From contig CALRDV010000004.1 in NCBI GenBank assembly GCA_943355005.1, forward strand, positions 7,898 to 71,897: a stretch of DNA of 64,000 bases. Reading direction: 5' to 3'. Positions within the stretch are counted from its first letter, which is position 1. Each line of letters starts with the position of its first letter. The DNA is from Patescibacteria group bacterium. GTDB taxonomy: Bacteria; Patescibacteriota; Microgenomatia; UBA1400; MFAQ01. The notes below the pieces were generated by a model. The model saw nothing but the letters and a program-made list of their open reading frames with translations. It was not told the DNA's origin and searched no databases. Of this stretch, positions 57,451-64,000 are shown in pieces. The translations under genes and the position numbers were made by a program.

Positions 57451-58937
57451 TTTGTCAGTTTAAATATTTGAATTCCCAATTTATTTGTATTTACCAAAAC
57501 CCCCTTGATATTTCCCGAGTCCTCCCCTATCGTTACCAAATAATCATACCCCGAAAAGTTTGTGACCCATGAAGTATGATCAAAATCACGAGGGAAATAA
57601 TATAGATTGTGCAGCTTATCTACGATTATTTTACTGTCTTTTGGAAGACTTGCGACAAAGCCATCCGCATCAATAAAGATTCCAGGCAGGCGAAAATATT
57701 GAGAGGTTAAAAGAGTGTTTGTGTCTACCCTACCCAACAAGAACGGAATGTATTTTTGCATAGCCAGCAAGCGAAGCCCTAAGATTAAAAAGCCCGATAA
57801 AATAACTGCCCAAAATGTGATTTTTTGATAGATTGCATTTTTTATAGTGCTTAGGTAGACAATAACCGAAACAATTAGAGCCGGAAAGTAAGGCAAGAAA
57901 TACCTGGTGGAAGGTGGGACCAGAATCATGGTGAGAATACTGCCGAGTATGCCTACTACGGCAATTTTTCCAGCAATATTGTTTTTTTGCTTCAGAGAAA
58001 TTATGGCTAAGATAAAAACCAATCCCACTAGTGGAGAAACAAAATCATCAAAAGGTTTTGTGAGATACCATGGCGTAAGCAAAACGTGCTGAAAAGCACT
58101 TCCAATACCCGAAAATGAGTTGTCTGTAAGACCACTAAACAACGGATAAATTGGATTTCCGGTAAACCTGTATGCCAAATAGAACCAAGGAGAAGCCACC
58201 AAGATTGCAGGAAAAATGATTTGAGGACCAAACACAATACTATAAATCGCCAAAGTACCGAGCGCGAGCCATTTAGTGCCTATTGCCAGCCCCAAAAAAA
58301 TGCCTCCTATTTTCCAAGAACCTTTAATACAAAAATATAAAGCCAAAGCTTCCAAAAAAGTTCTAATGAGATCTATGTAGGCACTTCCAGACTGCCAGCT
58401 CACTAGCCAGGTGCAGTAAAAAAGAGAAACGCCAATCAATTTCCACAATGTGGTTTGTTTAAAATTCTCCAGAATTTTCCAGATGACATATCCCGTTCCT
58501 ATTCCGGCTAAGTATTGGACCAATTTGGGTCCAACGGTGCCGGTGAAGTGGATGAGAGGGGTGAAAATGGTTTCGGCTAGTCTTGGCATGACCGAGTAAT
58601 AAAGTAGCCCACCCGGGAAATACCATTGGTGCTTTAAAAGCCACAATTTTGGGATGGTCAGGTGGTACCAGAGCGCGTCGAAGCCGAGCTCGGGGGTGAA
58701 GACGAGGAGAAAATTGAGGAGGGCTAGTAAAATGATGGGGACTAAAAGAAGCACTACTAACCTGGATTGCCACAGCTCGAGTACGAGATTCGCAATGACG
58801 TGGGTGGAGGGAGATCGATTAACAGCTATTTTGTCATGCCGGACTTGATCCGGCATCCAGGCTTTTCTGGATTCCGGGTCGGAGTCCGGAATGACGTCAA
58901 TTATTTTTGAGTTAAGAGTTAGTTTTGGTTTTCCCAT
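57447..58937 (-). CDS. GT-C (ArnT/PMT-like) membrane glycosyltransferase with repeat-derived N-terminal segment
   Basis: FDALWYHL, AYIDL, GTKW, TGNPIYP, RYFLP. Confidence 0.75.
   Translation of the reverse strand: MGKPKLTLNSKIIDVIPDSDPESRKAWMPDQVRHDKIAVNRSPSTHVIANLVLELWQSRLVVLLLVPIILLALLNFLLVFTPELGFDALWYHLTIPKLWLLKHQWYFPGGLLYYSVMPRLAETIFTPLIHFTGTVGPKLVQYLAGIGTGYVIWKILENFKQTTLWKLIGVSLFYCTWLVSWQSGSAYIDLIRTFLEALALYFCIKGSWKIGGIFLGLAIGTKWLALGTLAIYSIVFGPQIIFPAILVASPWFYLAYRFTGNPIYPLFSGLTDNSFSGIGSAFQHVLLTPWYLTKPFDDFVSPLVGLVFILAIISLKQKNNIAGKIAVVGILGSILTMILVPPSTRYFLPYFPALIVSVIVYLSTIKNAIYQKITFWAVILSGFLILGLRLLAMQKYIPFLLGRVDTNTLLTSQYFRLPGIFIDADGFVASLPKDSKIIVDKLHNLYYFPRDFDHTSWVTNFSGYDYLVTIGEDSGNIKGVLVNTNKLGIQIFKLTK
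58765..58895. repeat. REP-like cluster inside a CDS
   Basis: 36 bp identical to 55533-55568, plus two GTCAT/ATGAC-bounded palindromes. Confidence 0.85.
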
Positions 58938-59773
58938 TGGAAGGTGCGGACGGTTAGTGATTGGACTGCCATCAAGTAAGCCAAAAATAATCCCGCCGTG
59001 CCGTCCAGGATTCCAGCTTTAAAGAAATAATTGACTTTAAATTTGAGCAGGGGATAGAAAATTAGACGAAACCAGGAAAATGGTTTGTTTTCTAAATTTA
59101 AATATTTCGCATCAATGGGACTGTACTTTCCCATTCTGTTCGAAAATGCAGACACAAAATGATCTTTCCGGTGATAGAGAGGTGATGCCAGCTCCCCTAC
59201 CCTACCTTTGATTTTCCAAACTTCATGGACAGTTCTAAAAAAATTTCCGGCGCTCCGCTTGGCCAACCTGAGAATTTTTATGTTTCCAGTTTCACCATGG
59301 CTTAAGGGCTGATGAAAAATGACATCTTTGCGACGTATACAGTAACCTGAGCACTTTGGATCTTTGAGGGTTTCAATTATTTCTCTTTGAAGCTCACTTC
59401 CCACATATTCATCATCATCCACAAATAGTACCCAGTCGGCCTTGGTCTGCTCTAAAGCGAAGTTTCTTTGGGCTGAGAAGTCGGAGTTGAGTGGGTGAGA
59501 GATGTATTTTATTTTTGATTTTTTGTTTTGGTCCAGATGGATCCCCGCCTTCGCGAGGATGACATTTGCGGAATTTCTGGATTCCGGGTCAAGCCCGGAA
59601 TGACGGGTGACGGTACCTGGATTCCAGGTCAAGCCCGGAATGACTGAAGTTGAGTCGAGGATGACAGAAATTGAATCCTGGATTACGATGATTTCGTCGG
59701 CGAAAGAAATTGACTTTAATAACTGTGAACTAAGAATCGAATTATTTGTAATGATGGCGACAGCTAGTTTCAT
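58919..59773 (-). CDS. GT2 glycosyltransferase (LgtF/WaaE-like) with in-frame repeat insertion
   Basis: SISFADEII, DFSAQRNFALE, WVLFVDDDE, VHE, GILDG.AG. Confidence 0.85.
   Translation of the reverse strand: MKLAVAIITNNSILSSQLLKSISFADEIIVIQDSISVILDSTSVIPGLTWNPGTVTRHSGLDPESRNSANVILAKAGIHLDQNKKSKIKYISHPLNSDFSAQRNFALEQTKADWVLFVDDDEYVGSELQREIIETLKDPKCSGYCIRRKDVIFHQPLSHGETGNIKILRLAKRSAGNFFRTVHEVWKIKGRVGELASPLYHRKDHFVSAFSNRMGKYSPIDAKYLNLENKPFSWFRLIFYPLLKFKVNYFFKAGILDGTAGLFLAYLMAVQSLTVRTFQWENQN
59538..59665. repeat. Tandem REP-like palindromes inside the GT2 CDS
   Basis: Three TGGAT(T/C)CC...G(G/A)ATGAC units plus a partial unit. Confidence 0.85.
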
Positions 59774-60909
59774 TGGCCTAAAATCTTCTTACTAACTCTA
59801 TTTGACAAACTTAAAGATGGAATTTCGACATATTTATAAACCAGGAGAGAAACTCCTGTGGCAATCAGGGTAGACAGAATCAGTAAGACGAAATGGATGG
59901 TTAAATAATAATCTGCATAGGGAAGGTTGGGAAGATAAAGAAACATGAACCTAGCCAAGATATAGAGGATAGAAAAATGGATGAGATAAAGACTGTATGA
60001 TATTTTGCCAAAAAATTGAAGTGTCTTGTTGTCCAGAAAATCAAATAATTTGGTTTTGTCGCTATAGATGATGAGTCCTATCAATTTCCAAGAGACAATG
60101 GCTTCAAAAACACCACCAACATACTCATCTGTCATATATCTGGTAACGAGCAAAATCACTAGTGTCACCGGTAAAGTAAGAGCGATGTACCAGTTCGGAA
60201 AATGGGAGAAGAATTGTTTAAATTTGGGCAACATCAGTCCAAGAAAAAACATATATAAATACCTTAAATCGCGAAAATCAGGAATATTAAAAATGGTAAA
60301 GTCTGCATAAATTAGTGCGACCGCAATTAAAAGATCAACAAACCAAGAGGTCTTTCTGGTGAAATGATAAAAAATTGGAATAATAAAGGAAGCAATGACA
60401 ATTACCCGTAAAGTCCAAGTAACTCCCCCCAAATAGGTGTGAATAAAAAATAAATTGTAGAAAAACTCTTTGAAAGTCATCTCAAAGTTCATCCACCAGA
60501 TGTACCAAAGCGAGGCTTGAGGAAAGGTCTGATAGACGAAGCCCAGCCGCATGTATAGAGCAATAAGTAAGATTACAAAGATGTAGACAGGATAAAGTCT
60601 AATCAATCTTTTGGTAATAAATGCAAACAAACTTCTTGGTGAAAATTCGACACGGCTGAGTGACTGTCCCAAGACCAATCCTGAGAGAATAAAAAATAAA
60701 GTGACAGCTGCTCCCCCATTCCCCAGAATCATCAACAACTGCTGAATCTTGCTCTGTAAATCGTGAAACTCGAAATAGTTCTGACCCCAGACATTGGCAA
60801 AAGCCGGAATGGCTACCACCAGAAATGAATGATTCAAAGCAACTATCAAAGATAAGATACCGCGTAAACCGTCAAGTTTGGTGATGCGTTCGGGTTTTTT
60901 TGACTCCAT
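59770..60909 (-). CDS. Acyltransferase 3 (OafA-like)
   Basis: LDGLRG, V.LFFILSG, R..RLYP, TWTL, GKISYSLYL.H, YVEIP. Confidence 0.92.
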   Translation of the reverse strand: MESKKPERITKLDGLRGILSLIVALNHSFLVVAIPAFANVWGQNYFEFHDLQSKIQQLLMILGNGGAAVTLFFILSGLVLGQSLSRVEFSPRSLFAFITKRLIRLYPVYIFVILLIALYMRLGFVYQTFPQASLWYIWWMNFEMTFKEFFYNLFFIHTYLGGVTWTLRVIVIASFIIPIFYHFTRKTSWFVDLLIAVALIYADFTIFNIPDFRDLRYLYMFFLGLMLPKFKQFFSHFPNWYIALTLPVTLVILLVTRYMTDEYVGGVFEAIVSWKLIGLIIYSDKTKLFDFLDNKTLQFFGKISYSLYLIHFSILYILARFMFLYLPNLPYADYYLTIHFVLLILSTLIATGVSLLVYKYVEIPSLSLSNRVSKKILGQ

Positions 60910-60929
60910 CATCATGTATTATAGTGACT

Positions 60930-61802
60930 ATGAGAGATTTTAGATTACAGACTTTGGTAGACTGCATAAAAATATTGCAGAAAAGACAGATGAGTCTGTC
61001 GGACCTCCTGGCTTACGGATGGTTATGGGTCAAACCCTCTGAAGACAGGAAGGTAATGCCAAATAAAATGTATGATCGAATTGATTTGGTACAACTCAGA
61101 AAAATATCTTTCAAACTGGCACAAAGAGATCCGGCTTGGTTCCCTCGTTTATTCGAACCAACAACTCTTGGAATTAGAACTTGGGAGTATGGAGTGATGC
61201 TAAAACATGTTTCTTTTAGGGGAAAAACAGTTTTGGATGTCGGTCCGGGCAATAGCCGATTACCAAAGAATTTATCCAAAATGGGTGCCAAAGTAACAAT
61301 GCTAGACATGGATGAGCCGCTTGAAAAAACAGAAATCAAGAAAGACAAGAATCTTCGCTTTGTATTGGGAGACATGACAAAAATTAGTTTTAAAGATAAT
61401 CTTTTTGATCGAGTAATTTGTATCTCGGCAATTGAGCACGTAGATATGAAATCCGGAGGTAAGTTTTTTGATCTATCGGAGTACCTAAATAGAGCACTTC
61501 AAGCTATCAGAGAAATGGCTAGAGTCACAAAAAAAGGAGGCGTTTTTTACCTGACAACTGATTTTTATCTGCCCGAACAAAAAACCGATAAGTGGTCCGA
61601 GTCAACTGATAAAATTCATGGGGCATTCCCGTGGACCTATATCGACAAATTTGCCGAAGAAATTGAGAAGTCAGGAATTAAACTAAACTCGAAGGTAGAA
61701 TCGGATGAAGAAATTCTGAGAGGCAATACAAATAAAGCTATTTACCGGGGTAGGTATTTCACGACCGTCGCTTTTATGGGAAGTAAAACCGACAAACAAT
61801 GA
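60930..61802 (+). CDS. Class I SAM-dependent methyltransferase
   Basis: R.WEY, VLDVGPG, GDMTK, CISAIEH, RVTKKGG. Confidence 0.85.
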   Translation: MRDFRLQTLVDCIKILQKRQMSLSDLLAYGWLWVKPSEDRKVMPNKMYDRIDLVQLRKISFKLAQRDPAWFPRLFEPTTLGIRTWEYGVMLKHVSFRGKTVLDVGPGNSRLPKNLSKMGAKVTMLDMDEPLEKTEIKKDKNLRFVLGDMTKISFKDNLFDRVICISAIEHVDMKSGGKFFDLSEYLNRALQAIREMARVTKKGGVFYLTTDFYLPEQKTDKWSESTDKIHGAFPWTYIDKFAEEIEKSGIKLNSKVESDEEILRGNTNKAIYRGRYFTTVAFMGSKTDKQ

Positions 61803-61819
61803 TATAAGTTCACACAAAA

Positions 61820-62605
61820 TTGGGATCTTTTGATTTTTGGTACAAAAAAGGCGACTTGGTAATTGGAAGACGAATCTCCCTTAACAAATATGAGAAATTT
61901 GAGTCCTTTTTGATGAAAAAATTATCTTTAGACGACGGAATTGCATTTGATGTTGGTGCCAATATCGGTTTTTATTCTCTTATTCTTTCTAAGCTTGTAA
62001 AAAAAGTGGTTGCCTTTGAGCCGGAACCTATGAACTTAAAGTTGTTAAATAAGAATATTCATGAGAATAAGATTCGAAATATTGAGGTGATTGGGATGGC
62101 AGTCTCAGATAATACCTCTAAACTGCACCTTGGTTTGTCTACTGATAATTTTGGAGATCATCAGATAAATTCTATTGACGAAGACCGCAAAAATATTACA
62201 GTCGAATCTACAAACCTAGATTCTCACATGTCACAAAAGGTGGCATTGTTAAAAATCGATACTCAAGGCTGGGAACCGAAAGTTATCGACGGAGCAAAGA
62301 AATTGATTATTAGAGATAAACCGACAATTTTTATGGAATTTTGGCCTGAGGGATATAAAAGATCTGGCTTGGACTTCACAAAAATGATGAATTTTTTGGA
62401 AGAAGTGTACGGGAAAATATATCTAATTGATGATCGATTAAACTTAGTCTATCCAATCAATAAAGATTCACTACAAAAAAGATGCAAGTCTAAAAAAGGA
62501 TATCTAGATCTTCTGTTTAAATCTAATATGACTACAACGGATGTCTGGATTTGCCTTTGTAAATTTAGGATTAAAAAGATATTTTCTTTATTCAGACTAG
62601 CCTAG
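61820..62605 (+). CDS. FkbM-family methyltransferase (original start possibly disrupted)
   Basis: DVGANIGFYS, AFEPEP.N, LKIDTQGWE. Confidence 0.85.
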   Translation: MGSFDFWYKKGDLVIGRRISLNKYEKFESFLMKKLSLDDGIAFDVGANIGFYSLILSKLVKKVVAFEPEPMNLKLLNKNIHENKIRNIEVIGMAVSDNTSKLHLGLSTDNFGDHQINSIDEDRKNITVESTNLDSHMSQKVALLKIDTQGWEPKVIDGAKKLIIRDKPTIFMEFWPEGYKRSGLDFTKMMNFLEEVYGKIYLIDDRLNLVYPINKDSLQKRCKSKKGYLDLLFKSNMTTTDVWICLCKFRIKKIFSLFRLA

Positions 62606-63382
62606 AAAAAACTTTACTCTTAAAAAGAGATTGAAGATTAGATATAGTGGGCTGGCCATCACAGAAAGGTGTTTGCGGCAGAACAATAAATGGCTTTGAG
62701 CCAGTATCCAAAGTTTTCCTTTTCCCAGTTTTGACGTAGTTGTGGAAAGATGGTGAAAGAGAATTGCCTTTATAGCAATTTTTTGAGTGAAGCCTGCCTT
62801 TACAGCCCGTAGACAAAAATCGGCATCTTCATAATATAAGAAGTAGCTGTCGTCCAAATAGCCTATTCTCTTAAAAACTTTAGCCTTGATCAAAAGACAG
62901 GCTCCGGTAAAGTAATCCGGAAGCTGAGATGGCAATTTTAGTTTACGACTAGTGAGATGAGTATTTCTTCCGAATTTATGATCAACAACTCCTCCAAAAT
63001 CATAGGTGTTTTGTCCATCCTTATTGTATTTAATTACGGGGGCAGCTATATCAGAGTTTTCTTTGAGGAGTTCGGAGACAAAATCTTTCGAATCAATTAA
63101 GCTATCCGGATTTATAAGTAAGACATAATCGGCTCCGTCTTTGAGCGCCTGTTTAATTCCTAGATTGTTTCCGCCCGCAAAACCGAGATTTGTAGTGGAA
63201 CGAATTATTTTGACTCCCGCTAGATTTTTGGTGAGATGAGCAAAGGAATTACTTGTACTCCCGTTATCTACGACATAAAAATATAGATTTGATTCCCCAC
63301 TTTTTGATTTGGAAAAGGATTTGATACAGGCAACTGTCTCTTCTTGATTATGATAGTTTACGGTGATGACGGCGATTTTCAT
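62597..63382 (-). CDS. GT2 glycosyltransferase (rhamnosyltransferase-like)
   Basis: VVDNGS, NLGFAGGNN.G, LINPD, YFLYYEDADFC. Confidence 0.92.
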   Translation of the reverse strand: MKIAVITVNYHNQEETVACIKSFSKSKSGESNLYFYVVDNGSTSNSFAHLTKNLAGVKIIRSTTNLGFAGGNNLGIKQALKDGADYVLLINPDSLIDSKDFVSELLKENSDIAAPVIKYNKDGQNTYDFGGVVDHKFGRNTHLTSRKLKLPSQLPDYFTGACLLIKAKVFKRIGYLDDSYFLYYEDADFCLRAVKAGFTQKIAIKAILFHHLSTTTSKLGKGKLWILAQSHLLFCRKHLSVMASPLYLIFNLFLRVKFFLG

Positions 63383-64000
63383 AAAATATTATTTCTAATT
63401 CTGAGACGTTTTTTTGCCAGGTAAAATTGCTGACTGATTCCTTCACCCCATTCTCCCCCATTTTTAATAATTTTTCTTTGTCTCTTAGAAGTTTACCAAG
63501 AGCGTCGGCAATAATTGTGGAATCCCTTTCGATTAGTAAACCTGTTACACCGTGAATTACAGTTTCTTTAAAACCGCCTTCGTTTACAGCCACTACAGGA
63601 GTTCCGCATGCCATGGATTCAACCACTGAGAGTCCGAATGGTTCTAGGTGTGCTACAGCTAAAGTTAATTTGGACTGGCAGTAGATTTTTCTAAGCTTTG
63701 CTTGGTCCAGACCAATAATTATATCCAGATCTATATGAAGCTTCTTAGCCATTTTCGTTAGACCGGAAATATCCCAATTTCTGGGAGACGCGATTACAAG
63801 TTTTGGCCTAGTCTTTTTATCGATTTTTGAGATGATTTCGATTGCGAAAGGCAGCGCCTTCTGTGGTTCGTGATTGCCTACAACCAAAAATTGATTTTTC
63901 CTAACAACTCTTTCAGGGAAATATTCTTTGGTATCAATTCCTAGATGTATAGGCTTGCTCAAAAGACCATAAGCTCTAAAAATAGATTCTGAGGAATAAA
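63348..64000 (-). CDS. GT4 glycosyltransferase, 5' part outside the window
   Basis: EPFGLSVVESMACGTPVV, ETVIHGVTG. Confidence 0.9.
   Translation of the reverse strand, partial: YSSESIFRAYGLLSKPIHLGIDTKEYFPERVVRKNQFLVVGNHEPQKALPFAIEIISKIDKKTRPKLVIASPRNWDISGLTKMAKKLHIDLDIIIGLDQAKLRKIYCQSKLTLAVAHLEPFGLSVVESMACGTPVVAVNEGGFKETVIHGVTGLLIERDSTIIADALGKLLRDKEKLLKMGENGVKESVSNFTWQKNVSELEIIFYENRRHHRKLS

Noticed and set aside
59538-59665. CRISPR array
   Set aside because: Units are irregular palindromes with very short gaps, lie inside a CDS, and no cas genes are present.
1-64000. Prophage, integrase, IS element, intron or stop-codon recoding
   Set aside because: No such genes recognised; long genes are intact under code 11 and TGA is used as a stop.

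Overview
64 kb of a compact, low-GC bacterial chromosome read with genetic code 11. Gene content and style (ClpB without its N-domain, isopentenyl phosphate kinase, LemA/HtpX, DipZ, Pro/Thr-rich surface proteins, many apparently leaderless genes) suggest Patescibacteria/CPR, probably Microgenomates; this placement is an inference. Housekeeping genes include ruvC, dnaE, rplS, gatCAB, clpB, pyk and mntH/mntR. There are five tRNAs (Lys, Glu, Asp, Thr, Gly), and a surface-glycan locus occupies the right end. No rRNA, CRISPR array, integrase or transposase was seen. The main unexplained signal is a conserved, covarying 80-100 nt multi-stem element downstream of four of the five tRNAs. Its outer stem is made of an inverted and a direct copy of the T-arm of that same tRNA, and it is associated with duplicated tRNA 3' ends and small cargo genes; a fifth, orphan copy also exists. 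This looks like a tRNA-anchored gene-cassette system or a structured RNA family. Secondary signals: REP-like palindromes inserted in frame inside glycosyltransferase genes, boxA-like motifs in the leaders of Shine-Dalgarno-led genes, and candidate MntR and NrtR operators. All calls are by eye from the sequence and the ORF track; no searches were run.
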